A stretch of 64,000 bases of DNA from the human T2T-CHM13v2.0 reference genome, Homo sapiens. The notes beneath the pieces are model-generated. The model saw only the letters and a program-made list of their open reading frames with translations, had not been told where the DNA came from and made no database searches. The DNA is taken from NCBI RefSeq assembly GCF_009914755.1, contig NC_060940.1; one strand, 5' to 3'. Shown piece after piece: positions 28,425-43,300 of the stretch. The first letter of the stretch is position 1. Each line of letters begins with the position of its first letter. Position numbers and translations under genes: made by a program.

Positions 28425-31400
28425 TCAATTCCATACGATGATGATTCCATTTGATTTGATTCGACAGTGAGCCATTCGATTCAATTCCATGATGATTCTA
28501 TTTGATTCAATTGGTTGACAGTTCCATTCGATTCCATTCGATGATGATTCCATTTGATTCCATTCAAAGATGATTCCATTCTAGCCCATTCAATCATTCC
28601 ATTCGATTCTATTCAATGATGATTCCATTCATGTCGATTTGGTGATTCCATTTGACTTCATTTGATGATGATTCCTTTCAAGTTCATTAGATGATTCCAT
28701 TCGATTCCATTTGATGATGATCCCATTCGAGTCCATTCAGTGATTCCACTCGTTTCCATTCCATGATGATTCCATTCCATTCCATTCAATGATTCCATTC
28801 GATTCCGTTTGATGATGATTTCATTCGAGTCCATTTGATGATTCCATTTGATTCCATTCGATGATGATTACATTCGAGTCCATACGATGATTCCACTCAA
28901 TTCCATATGATGATGATTCCATTCGATTCCATTCGGTGATTCCATTCTATTCTATTCAATGTTGATTCCATTCGAGTACATTAGATGATTCCATTCGATT
29001 CCATTCAATGATGATTCTATTTGTGTCCCTTAGATGGTTCCACATGATTCCATTTCATGATGATACTATTTGAGCCCATCCAATGATTCCCTTCGATTCC
29101 ATTCGATGAGGATTCCATTCGATTCAATTCATTGGTGATTCTATTCAATTCAATTCTTTGATTCCATTCCATTCCATTCGACAATGATTCCATTCGATTT
29201 CTTTCGATGATTCCACTCGATTCCACTTGACATTGATTCCATTCGATTCCATTCAATGATTCCGTTTGATTCCAGTGGATGATGATTGCCATCGATTCCA
29301 TTCGATCACTCCATTCTATTCCATTTGATGATGATTACATTCGATTCCATTTGATGATTCTATCTGATTCTATTCGAGGATTCCATTTGATTCCATTCGA
29401 TGATGATTCCATTCGAGTGCATTCGATGATTTCATTCGAGTACATCCAATGATTCCATTCGAGTCCATTTGATGATTCCATTTGATTCCATTTGATTATG
29501 ATTCTACTAGAGTCCATTCAATGACTCCATTCGAATCCATTCAACAATTCCATTCGAGGCCATTCGATGATTCCATTTCATGATTCCATTCGAGTCCATT
29601 TAATCATTACAGTCGAGTCCATTTGGTGATTCCACTGGATTTCTTTTGATAATGATACCATTCAGTTACATTTGATGATGATCCCATTCAATTTCATTTG
29701 ATGGTGATTCCATTAGAGTCCATTCGATGATTTCATTCGAGTCCCTTCATTGATTCCATCCGATTTCATTGGATGATGACTCCATTCGAGTCCATTCGAT
29801 GATTCCACTCGATTCCATTAGATGATTCCATTGGAGTCCATTTGATTGTTCCATTCGATTCTATTCGATTCCTTTCGAAGATTATTCCATTTGAGTCCAT
29901 TCGATGATGATTCCATTCCATTCCATTCCATGATTCCGTTTGATTCCATTCGACGATTCCCTTCGATTCCTTTCTTTGATGATTCCATTCCATTCCATTC
30001 AATGATTCCATTCGAATCTATTCCATGATGATTCCTTTCGATTCCATTCGCTGATGTTTCCGTTCAATTCCATTCGATGATGATTCCATTCGATTCCATT
30101 CATTGAGGATTCCATTTGATTCCATTCAATGATGATTCCATTCTATTCCATTCAATGATTGCATTCAATTCCATTCAATGATTATCCCATTAGAGTAAAC
30201 TCAACGATTCCATTCAATACCATTCGATGATGATTCCTTTTGAGTCCATTCAATGATTTCATTCAAGTCCATTTGATGATTCCTTTCAATTCCATTCTAT
30301 GATGATTCCATTCGAGTCCATTCGATGATTCCATTCGATTGCATTCGATGATTCCATTATATTCCATTCAACGATGATTCCATTCGAGTCCATTCGATGA
30401 TTCCATTAGAGTACATTTAATGATTGCTTTGTTTTCAATTCGAAGATGATTACATTGGATTCCATTCTATGATACCATTCGATTCCATTCAATGATGATT
30501 CCACTCAAATCCATTGGATGATTCCATTCGTGTCCATTCGGTGATTTCATTAGATTCCATTCGAGGATGATTCCATTTGATTCCATTCGATGATTCCATT
30601 CAATTCCATTCGACGATGATTCCATTCCAGTCCATATGATCATTCCATTTGATTTCATTCGATGATGATTCCATTCGATTCCATTCGATGATTCCATTCT
30701 ATTCCATTCGATGATGATTCCATTCGAGTCCATTCGATGATTCCATTCGAGTCCATTTAATGATTCCATTGGGTTCAATTCAATGATGATTACATTGGAT
30801 TCCGTTCTATGATTCCATTCAATTCCGTTCATTGACAATTTGATTCCATTCGATGATGATTCCATTTGAGTTCATTCGATGATTCTATTCGATTCTCTTC
30901 GATGGTGATTCAATTCTATTATATTGGATGATTCCATTCGATTCCATTTGATGTTGATTCAATTCGATTCTATTCGATGATGATTCCATTGGATTTCACT
31001 TGATGATTCTATTCGATTCCATTCAATGATGATTCACTTCTCGTCCATTGGATGATTCCATTTCATTCCATTCGATGATGATTCCATTCGATTCCATTCG
31101 ATGATTCCATTTGATTCCATGCGTCGGTGAGCAATTCGATTCAATTCCATGATGATTCTATTTGATTCAATTAGATGATGTTTCCATTCGAATCCATTCC
31201 ATGATTATTCCATTGGAATCCATTCGGCGATGATTCCATATGAGTCAATTCAATGATGATTCCATATGGGTCCGTTCGATGATAATTCCATTTGATTTCA
31301 TTCAGTGCTTCTATTCAATTCCAGTCGATGATGATTCCGTTGGAGTCCATACGATGATTCCATTTGATTTCATTTGATGATGATTCCATTCGATGATGAT

Positions 31401-34319
31401 TACATTGGATTCCATTCTATGATTCCATTCAATTCCATTCGTTGATGATTCGATTCCATTCAATGATGATTCCATTTGAGTTCATTCGATGATTCTATTC
31501 GATTCCGTTCGATGGTGATTCAATTCTCTTATATTGGATGATTCCACTCGATTCCATTTGACGATAATTCCATTGGAGTCCACTTAGTGAATCCTTTAGA
31601 TTCTACTCGAAGATGATTCCATTCGAGTCCATTCGATGATACCATTCAATTTCATTCGTTGATGCTTCCATTCAAGTGCATTCGATGATATCATTCGATT
31701 CCATTTGATGATAATTCCATTTGATTCCATGCGATGATTCTATTCGATTCCATTCAACGACAATTCCATTCAATTCAGTGATTCCTCTGGACTCCATTTG
31801 ATGATGATTCCATTCAATGATTCCATTCGATTCTATTCGAAAATGATTCCATTTGAATCCATTTGATGATGATTCCATTAGATTCCATTTGATGATTCCA
31901 TTCGATTCCATTCAATGATGATTCCATTCGATTCCGTTTGATGATTCCATTCTATTCTATTCGATGATGATTCCATTCGATTCCATTCGATGATGATTGG
32001 ATTCGATTCCATTTGATGATTTCATTTGATTCCATTCGTTAATGATTTCGATCAATTCCATTCGATGATTCCATTCGATTCCATTCGATAATGATTACAT
32101 CCGAGTCCATTCGATGATTCCCTTTGAGCCTGTTCGATAATTCCATTTGAGTCCAACCAATGATTCCATTCATTTCCATTCAATGATTCCATTCGAGTCC
32201 ATTTGATCATTCCGGTAGGGTCCATTCGATGTTGATTCCATTGGAGTGCATTCGATGATTCCATTCGAGTCCATTTTAGGATTTGATTCGAGTCCTTTCG
32301 ATGATTCCATTCGATTCCACTCGATGATGATTTCATTCGAGTCCATTCGACACTTCCAATCGATTCCATTTGATGATTCCATTCGAGTCCAATTGATGAT
32401 TCCATTCAATTCCATTCGATGATGATTCCGTACGATTCCATTCTGTGATGATTCCATGTGATTGCATTCAATGATGATTCCTTTCGATTGCATTCGATTA
32501 TGATTCATTTCGTGTTCATTCTATGGTTCCACAGGTTTCCATTCGTGTCCATTCCATTATTCCATTCTATTCCATTTGATGATGATTCCATTCGATTCCA
32601 TTCCTTGGTGATTCCACTCAATTCCATTCAATGATTCCATTCCATTTCTTTCAACAATGATTCCATTAGTTTCTAATCGATGATCCACTTGATTCCATTT
32701 GACGACGATTCCATTCTTGTCCATTCGATGATTCCATTTGATTCCATATGATGATGATTCCATTCGATCCCATACCATGATGATTCCATTCGAGTCCATT
32801 CAATGGTGATTCCATTCAATTCCATTCGATGATTCCTTTCGATTCCATTCGATGATGATGGCATTCGATTCCTTTCAATCATTCCCTTTGATTCCATTCA
32901 AAGGTGATTTCATTCAAGTCCATTCGATAATTGCATTCGATTCCATTCTATGATGATTCCATTCGAGTCCATTTGATGATTCCATTCAATTCAAGTCAAT
33001 GATGATTCCATTCGATTCCATTCGATGATTCCATTGGATTCCATTCGATGATGATTCCATTCAAATCCATTCGATAATTCAATTCAAGTCCATTCGATGA
33101 TGATTCCAATCGAATCCATTCAAAGATTCCATTCAGTTCCATTCGATGATTCCCTTAGATTCCATTCGATGATTCCACTTGATTGCATTTACGATGATTC
33201 CATTCGATTCCATGTGATGATTCCATTCAATTCTATTCAATGATGTCTCCATTTGATTCCATTCGACCATGATTGCCTTTGATTCCATTCAATGATTCCA
33301 TTCGGTTCCGTTTGATGATGATTCCGTTCGATTCCATTTGATGATTCCATTTGATTCCATTGGATGAGTCCATTCGATTACATTCGATGATTATTCCATT
33401 CGAGTGCATTAGATGATTCCATTCGAGTCCATTCGATGATTCCATTCGATTCCATTCGATGTTGATTCTGTTCAAATCCATTCGATGATTCCACTCGATT
33501 CCATTCGTTGACTCCATTTGATCCCATTCGATGATTTCCTTTGATTCCCTTTGATGATCATTCCATTTGATTCAATTCGGTGATTTCATTTGATTCCATT
33601 CAGTGATGTTTCCATTCGACTCCATTCGATGATGATTCCATTCGACTCCATTCGATTATGATTTCATTCAATTCCATTCGATAATGATTCCCTTCGAGTC
33701 CATTCGATGATTCCATTCGATTCCATTCAACGATGATTTGATTCGTGTCCATTCGATGATTCCATTTGATTCCACTTGATGATGATTCCATTCGAGTCCA
33801 TTTGATGATTCCATTCAATTCCATACTCCGATGATTTCTTTTGAGCCCACTCAATGCTTCCACTCGATTCCATATGATGATGACTGTATTCGATGAAATT
33901 CGATGATGATTCCATTCGCTTGCTTTCGATAATGATTCCACTTGAGTCCGTTAGAAGATTCTATTCAATTACATTCCAGGACGATTCCGTTCGAGTCCAT
34001 TTGATGATTCCATTAGACTCCATTCGACGATGATTCCATTCGATGTTATTCGATGATTCCATTCGATCTCATTCGATGATGATTCCATTCAACTCCATTC
34101 GATGTTTCCATTCGAGTTCATTCTATTATTCCATTAGATTCCATTCGATGATGATTCCATTCGATTCCATTTGATGATTGCATTCTATTTCATTTGATGA
34201 TGATTCCATTCGAGTCCACTCGATGATTCCATTCGAGTCCATTTAATGAATCCATTGGTTTCAATTCTATGATGATTACATTGGATTCCATTCGTTGATG
34301 ATTTCATTCGGTTCCATTC
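28425..34319 (+). repeat. HOR unit U6 with 170-bp and 10-bp deletions; ends at the first 374-bp deletion junction
   Basis: Unit start motif at 28425. Offset changes 28424->28254 (~28865) ->28244 (~29575), then stays constant to 34319. Confidence 0.9.
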
Positions 34320-37300
34320 CATGATGATTCCATTCCTTTCCATTCAATGATTCCATTCGATTCCGTTTGATGATGATTTCATTCGAGTCCATTTGATGAT
34401 TCCATTTGATTTCTTTCGATGATGATTCCATTCGAGTCCATTCGATGATTCTATTCGAATCCATTTGATGATTTCTTTTGATTATATTTGGTGATGATTC
34501 CATTGGAGTCCATTCAATGATTCCATTCTATTCCAATCGATGATGATTCCATTAGAGTCCATTTAATGATTCCATTTGATTCCAGTCTCTGATGATTACA
34601 TTCGAGTCCATACGATGATTCCACTCAATTCCATATGATGATCATTCCATTTGATTCCATTCGGTGATTCCGTTCTATTCTATTCAATGGTGATTCCATT
34701 CGAGTACATTAGATGATTCCATTCGATTCCATTCATTGATGATTCTATTTGTGTCCCTTAGATGATTCCACATGATTCCATTAGATGATGATACTATTTG
34801 AGCCCATCCAATGATTCCCTTCGATTCCATTCGATGAGGATTCCATTCGATTCAATTCATTGGTGATTCTATTCAATTCAATTCTTTGATTCCATTCCAT
34901 TCCATTCGACAATGATTCCATTCGATTTCTTTCGATGATTCCACTCGATTCCACTTGACATTGATTCCATTCGATTCCATTCAATGATTCCATTTGATTC
35001 CAGTGGATGATGATTGCCATCGATTCCATTCGATCACTCCATTCTATTCCATTTGATGATGATTACATTCGATTCCATTTGATGATTCCATCTGATTCTA
35101 TTCGAGGATTCCATTTGATTCCATTCGATGATGATTCCATTCGAGTCCATTCGATGATTTCATTCGAGTACATCCAATGATTCCATTCGAGTCCATTAGA
35201 TGATTCCATTTGATTCCATTTGAAAATGATTCTACTAGAGTCCATTCAATGACTCCATTCGAGTCCATTCAACAATTCCATTCGACTCCATTCGATGATT
35301 CCATTCGATTCCATTTGATGGTTCCATTCGAGTCCATTTAATCATTACAGTCGAGTCCATTTGGTGATTCCACTGGATTTCTTTTGATAATGATACCATT
35401 CAATTACATTTGATGATGATCCCATTCAATTTCATTTGATGATGATTCCATTAGAGTCCATTCGATGATTTCATTCGAGTCCCTTCATTGATTCCATCCG
35501 ATTTCATTGGATGATGACTCCATTCGAGTCCATTCGATGATTCCACTCGATTCCATTAGATGACTCCATTGGAGTCCATTTGATTGTTCCATTCGATTCC
35601 ATTTGATTCCTTTCGAAGATTATTCCATTTGAGTCCATTCGATGATGATTCCATTCCATTCCATTCCATGATTCCGTTTGATTCCATTCGATGATTCCCT
35701 TCGATTCCTTTCTTTGATGATTCCATTCCATTCCATTCAATGATTCCATTCGAATCTATTCCATGATGATTCCTTTCGATTCCATTCGCTGATGTTTCCG
35801 TTCAATTCCATTCGATGATGATTCCATTCGATTCCATTCATTGAGGATTCCATTTGATTCCATTCAATGATGATTCCATTCTATTCCATTCAATGATTGC
35901 ATTCAATTCCATTCAATGATTATCCCATTAGAGTAAACTCAACGATTCCATTCAATATCATTCGATGATGATTCCTTTTGAGTCCATTCAATGATTTCAT
36001 TCAAGTCCATTTGATGATTCCTTTCAATTCCATTCTATGATGATTCCATTCGAGTCCATTCGATGATTCCATTCGATTGCATTCGATGATTCCATTATAT
36101 TCCATTCAACGATGATTACATTCGAGTCCATTCCATGATTCCATTAGAGTACATTTAATGATTGCTTTGTTTTCAATTCGAAGATGATTACATTGGATTC
36201 CATTCTATGATACCATTCGATTCCATTCAATGATGATTCCACTCAAATCCATTGGATGATTCCATTCGTGTCCATTCGGTGATTTCATTAGATTCCATTC
36301 GAGGATGATTCCATTCGATTCCATTCGATGATTCCATTCAATTCCATTCGATGATGATTCCATTCCAGTCCATATGATCATTCCATTTGATTTCATTCGA
36401 TGATGATTCCATTCGATTCCATTCGACGATTCCATTCTATTCCATTCAATGATGATTCCATTCGAGTCCATTCGATGATTCCATTCGAGTCCATTTAATG
36501 ATTCCATTGGGTTCAATTCAATGATGATTACATTGGATTCCGTTCTATGATTCCATTCAATTCCGTTCATTGACAATTTGATTCCATTCGATGATGATTC
36601 CATTTGAGTTCATTCGATGATTCTATTCGATTCTCTTCGATGGTGATTCAATTCTATTATATTGGATGATTCCATTCGATTCCATTTGATGTTGATTCAA
36701 TTCGATTCTATTCGATGATGATTCCATTGGATTTCACTTGATGATTCTATTCGATTCCATTCAATGATGATTCACTTCTCGTCCATTGGATGATTCCATT
36801 TCATTCCATTCGATGATGATTCCATTCGATTCCATTCGATGATTCCATTTGATTCCATGCGTCGGTGAGCAATTCGATTCAATTCCATGATGATTCTATT
36901 TGATTCAATTAGATGATGTTTCCATTCGAATCCATTCCATGATTATTCCATTGGAATCCATTCGGCGATGATTCCATATGAGTCAATTCAATGATGATTC
37001 CATATGGGTCCGTTCGATGATAATTCCATTTGATTTCATTCAGTGCTTCTATTCAATTCCAGTCGATGATGATTCCGTTGGAGTCCATACGATGATTCCA
37101 TTTGATTTCATTTGATGATGATTCCATTCGATGATGATTACATTGGATTCCATTCTATGATTCCATTCAATTCCATTCGTTGATGATTCGATTCCATTCA
37201 ATGATGATTCCATTTGAGTTCATTCGATGATTCTATTCGATTCCGTTCGATGGTGATTCAATTCTCTTATATTGGATGATTCCACTCGATTCCATTTGAC

Positions 37301-40300
37301 GATAATTCCATTGGAGTCCACTTAGTGAATCCTTTAGATTCTACTCGAAGATGATTCCATTCGAGTCCATTCGATGATACCATTCAATTTCATTCGTTGA
37401 TGCTTCCATTCAAGTGCATTCGATGATATCATTCGATTCCATTTGATGATAATTCCATTTGATTCCATGCGATGATTCTATTCGATTCCATTCAACGACA
37501 ATTCCATTCAATTCAGTGATTCCTCTGGACTCCATTTGATGATGATTCCATTCAATGATTCCATTCGATTCTATTCGAAAATGATTCCATTTGAATCCAT
37601 TTGATGATGATTCCATTAGATTCCATTTGATGATTCCATTCGATTCCATTCAATGATGATTCCATTCGATTCCGTTTGATGATTCCATTCTATTCTATTC
37701 GATGATGATTCCATTCGATTCCATTCGATGATGATTGGATTCGATTCCATTTGATGATTTCATTTGATTCCATTCGTTAATGATTTCGATCAATTCCATT
37801 CGATGATTCCATTCGATTCCATTCGATAATGATTACATCCGAGTCCATTCGATGATTCCCTTTGAGCCTGTTCGATAATTCCATTTGAGTCCAACCAATG
37901 ATTCCATTCATTTCCATTCAATGATTCCATTCGAGTCCATTTGATCATTCCGGTAGGGTCCATTCGATGTTGATTCCATTGGAGTGCATTCGATGATTCC
38001 ATTCGAGTCCATTTTAGGATTTGATTCGAGTCCTTTCGATGATTCCATTCGATTCCACTCGATGATGATTTCATTCGAGTCCATTCGACACTTCCAATCG
38101 ATTCCATTTGATGATTCCATTCGAGTCCAATTGATGATTCCATTCAATTCCATTCGATGATGATTCCGTACGATTCCATTCTGTGATGATTCCATGTGAT
38201 TGCATTCAATGATGATTCCTTTCGATTGCATTCGATTATGATTCATTTCGTGTTCATTCTATGGTTCCACAGGTTTCCATTCGTGTCCATTCCATTATTC
38301 CATTCTATTATATTTGATGATGATTCCATTCGATTCCATTCCTTGGTGATTCCACTCAATTCCATTCAATGATTCCATTCCATTTCTTTCAACAATGATT
38401 CCATTAGTTTCTAATCGATGATCCACTTGATTCCATTTGACGACGATTCCATTCTTGTCCATTCGATGATTCCATTTGATTCCATATGATGATGATTCCA
38501 TTCGATCCCATACCATGATGATTCCATTCGAGTCCATTCAATGGTGATTCCATTCAATTCCATTCGATGATTCCTTTCGATTCCATTCGATGATGATGGC
38601 ATTCGATTCCTTTCAATCATTCCCTTTGATTCCATTCAAAGGTGATTTCATTCAAGTCCATTCGATAATTGCATTCGATTCCATTCTATGATGATTCCAT
38701 TCGAGTCCATTTGATGATTCCATTCAATTCAAGTCAATGATGATTCCATTCGATTCCATTCGATGATTCCATTGGATTCCATTCGATGATGATTCCATTC
38801 AAATCCATTCGATAATTCAATTCAAGTCCATTCGATGATGATTCCAATCGAATCCATTCAAAGATTCCATTCAGTTCCATTCGATGATTCCCTTAGATTC
38901 CATTCGATGATTCCACTTGATTGCATTTACGATGATTCCATTCGATTCCATGTGATGATTCCATTCAATTCTATTCAATGATGTCTCCATTTGATTCCAT
39001 TCGACCATGATTGCCTTTGATTCCATTCAATGATTCCATTCGGTTCCGTTTGATGATGATTCCGTTCGATTCCATTTGATGATTCCATTTGATTCCATTG
39101 GATGAGTCCATTCGATTACATTCGATGATTATTCCATTCGAGTGCATTAGATGATTCCATTCGAGTCCATTCGATGATTCCATTCGATTCCATTCGATGT
39201 TGATTCTGTTCAAATCCATTCGATGATTCCACTCGATTCCATTCGTTGACTCCATTTGATCCCATTCGATGATTTCCTTTGATTCCCTTTGATGATCATT
39301 CCATTTGATTCAATTCGGTGATTTCATTTGATTCCATTCAGTGATGTTTCCATTCGACTCCATTCGATGATGATTCCATTCGACTCCATTCGATTATGAT
39401 TTCATTCAATTCCATTCGATAATGATTCCCTTCGAGTCCATTCGATGATTCCATTCGATTCCATTCAACGATGATTTGATTCGTGTCCATTCGATGATTC
39501 CATTTGATTCCACTTGATGATGATTCCATTCGAGTCCATTTGATGATTCCATTCAATTCCATACTCCGATGATTTCTTTTGAGCCCACTCAATGCTTCCA
39601 CTCGATTCCATATGATGATGACTCCATTCGATGAAATTCGATGATGATTCCATTCGCTTGCTTTCGATGATGATTCCACTTGAGTCCGTTAGAAGATTCT
39701 ATTCAATTACATTCCAGGACGATTCCGTTCGAGTCCATTTGATGATTCCATTAGACTCCATTCGACGATGATTCCATTCGATGTTATTCCATGATTCCAT
39801 TCGATCTCATTCGATGATGATTCCATTCAACTCCATTCGATGTTTCCATTCGAGTTCATTCTATTATTCCATTAGATTCCATTCGATGATGATTCCATTC
39901 GATTCCATTTGATGATTGCATTCTATTTCATTTGATGATGATTCCATTCGAGTCCACTCGATGATTCCATTCGAGTCCATTTAATGAATCCATTGGTTTC
40001 AATTCTATGATGATTACATTGGATTCCATTCGTTGATGATTTCATTCGGTTCCATTCAATGATGATTCCATTCAATTCCTTTCAATGTTTCCATTCAATT
40101 CCATACGATGATGATTCCATTTGATTTGATTCGACAGTGAGCCATTCGATTCAATTCCATGATGATTCTATTTGATTCAATTGGTTGACATTTCCATTCG
40201 ATTCCATTCGATGATGATTCCCTTTGATTCCGTTCAAAGATGATTCCATTCTAGCCCATTCAATCATTCCATTCGATTCTATTCAATGATGATTCCATTC

Positions 40301-43300
40301 ATGTCGATTTGGTGATTCCATTTGACTTCATTTGATGATGATTCCTTTCAAGTTCATTAGATGATTCCATTCGATTCCATTTGATGATGATCCCATTCGA
40401 GTCCATTCAGTGATTCCATTCGTTTCCATTCCATGATGATTCCATTCCTTTCCATTCAATGATTCCATTCGATTCCGTTTGATGATGATTTCATTCGAGT
40501 CCATTTGATGATTCCATTTGATTCCATTCGATGATGATTCCATTCGAGTCCATTCGATGATTCTATTCGAATCCATTTGATGATTTCTTTTGATTATATT
40601 TGGTGATGATTCCATTGGAGTCCATTCAATGATTCCATTCTATTCCAATCGATGATGATTCCATTAGAGTCCATTTAATGATTCCATTTGATTCCAGTCT
40701 CTGATGATTACATTCGAGTCCATACGATGATTCCACTCAATTCCATATGATGATGATTCCATTTGATTCCATTCGGTGATTCCATTCTATTCTATTCAAT
40801 GGTGATTCCATTCGAGTACATTAGATGATTCCATTCGATTCCATTCAATGATGATTCTATTTGTGTCCCTTAGATGATTCCACATGATTCCATTAGATGA
40901 TGATACTATTTGAGCCCATCCAATGATTCCCTTCGTTTCCATTCGATGAGGATTCCATTCGATTCAATTCATTGGTGATTCTATTCAATTCAATTCTTTG
41001 ATTCCATTCCATTCCATTCGACAATGATTCCATTCGATTTCTTTCGATGATTCCACTCGATTCCACTTGACATTGATTCCATTCGATTCCATTCAATGAT
41101 TCCATTTGATTCCAGTGGATGATGATTGCCATCGATTCCATTCGATCACTCCATTCTATTCCATTTGATGATGATTACATTCGATTCCATTTGATGATTC
41201 CATCTGATTCTATTCGAGGATTCCATTTGATTCCATTCGATGATGATTCCATTCGAGTCCATTCGATGATTTCATTCGAGTACATCCAATGATTCCATTC
41301 GAGTCCATTAGATGATTCCATTTGATTCCATTTGAAAATGATTCTACTAGAGTCCATTCAATGACTCCATTCGAGTCCATTCAACAATTCCATTCGACTC
41401 CATTCGATGATTCCATTCGATTCTATTTGATGGTTCCATTCGAGTCCATTTAATCATTACAGTCGAGTCCATTTGGTGATTCCACTGGATTTCTTTTGAT
41501 AATGATACCATTCAATTACATTTGATGATGATCCCATTCAATTTCATTTGATGATGATTCCATTAGAGTCCATTCGATGATTTCATTCGAGTCCCTTCAT
41601 TGATTCCATCCAATTTCATTGGATGATGACTCCATTCGAGTCCATTCGATGATTCCACTCGATTCCATTAGATGACTCCATTGGAGTCCATTTGATTGTT
41701 CCATTCGATTCCATTCGATTCCTTTCGAAGATTATTCCATTTGAGTCCATTCGATGATGATTCCATTCCATTCCATTCGATGATTCCGTTTGATTCCATT
41801 CGATGATTCCCTTCGATTCCTTTCTTTGATGATTCCATTCCATTCCATTCAATGATTCCATTCGAATCTATTCCATGATGATTCCTTTCGATTCCATTCG
41901 CTGATGTTTCCGTTCAATTCCATTCGATGATGATTCCATTCGATTCCATTCATTGAGGATTCCATTTGATTCCATTCAATGATGATTCCATTCTATTCCA
42001 TTCAATGATTGCATTCAATTCCATTCAGTGATTATCCCCTTAGAGTAAACTCAACGATTCCATTCAATACCATTCGATGATGATTCCTTTTGAGTCCATT
42101 CAATGATTTCATTCAAGTCCATTTGATGATTCCTTTCAATTCCATTCTATGATGATTCCATTCGAGTCCATTCGATGATTCCATTCGATTGCATTCGATG
42201 ATTCCATTATATTCCAGTCAACGATGATTCCATTCGAGTCCATTCGATGATTCCATTAGAGTACATTTAATGATTGCTTTGTTTTCAATTCGAAGATGAT
42301 TACATTGGATTCCATTCTATGATACCATTCGATTCCATTCAATGATGATTCCACTCAAATCCATTGGATGATTCCATTCGTGTCCATTCGGTGATTTCAT
42401 TAGATTCCATTCGAGGATGATTCCATTCGATTCCATTCGATGATTCCATTCAATTCCATTCGATGATGATTCCATTCCAGTCCATATGATCATTCCATTT
42501 GATTTCATTCGATGATGATTCCTTTCAATTCGATTCGACGATTCCATTCTATTCCATTCGATGATGATTCCATTCGAGTCCATTCGATGATTCCATTCGA
42601 GTCCATTTAATGATTCCATTGGGTTCAATTCAATGATGATTACATTGGATTCCGTTCTATGATTCCATTCAATTCCGTTCATTGACAATTTGATTCCATT
42701 CGATGATGATTCCATTTGAGTTCATTCGATGATTCTATTCGATTCTCTTCGATGGTGATTCAATTCTATTATATTGGATGATTCCATTCGATTCCATTTG
42801 ATGTTGATTCAATTCGATTCTATTCGATGATGATTCCATTGGATTTCACTTGATGATTCTATTCGATTCCATTCAATGATGATTCACTTCTCGTCCATTG
42901 GATGATTCCATTTCATTCCATTCGATGATGATTCCATTCGATTCCATTCGATGATTCCATTTGATTCCATGCGTCGGTGAGCAATTCGATTCAATTCCAT
43001 GATGATTCTATTTGATTCAATTAGATGATGTTTCCATTCGAATCCATTCCATGATTATTCCATTGGAATCCATTCGGCGATGATTCCATATGAGTCAATT
43101 CAATGATGATTCCATATGGGTCCGTTCGATGATAATTCCATTTGATTTCATTCAGTGCTTCTATTCAATTCCAGTCGATGATGATTCCGTTGGAGTCCAT
43201 ACGATGATTCCATTTGATTTCATTTGATGATGATTCCATTCGATGATGATTACATTGGATTCCATTCTATGATTCCATTCAATTCCATTCGTTGATGATT

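Noticed and set aside
29846-30028. The only plus-strand ORF (60 aa)
   Set aside because: It starts at a TTG, is low-complexity, and appears only because a point change removed a TGA in this unit.
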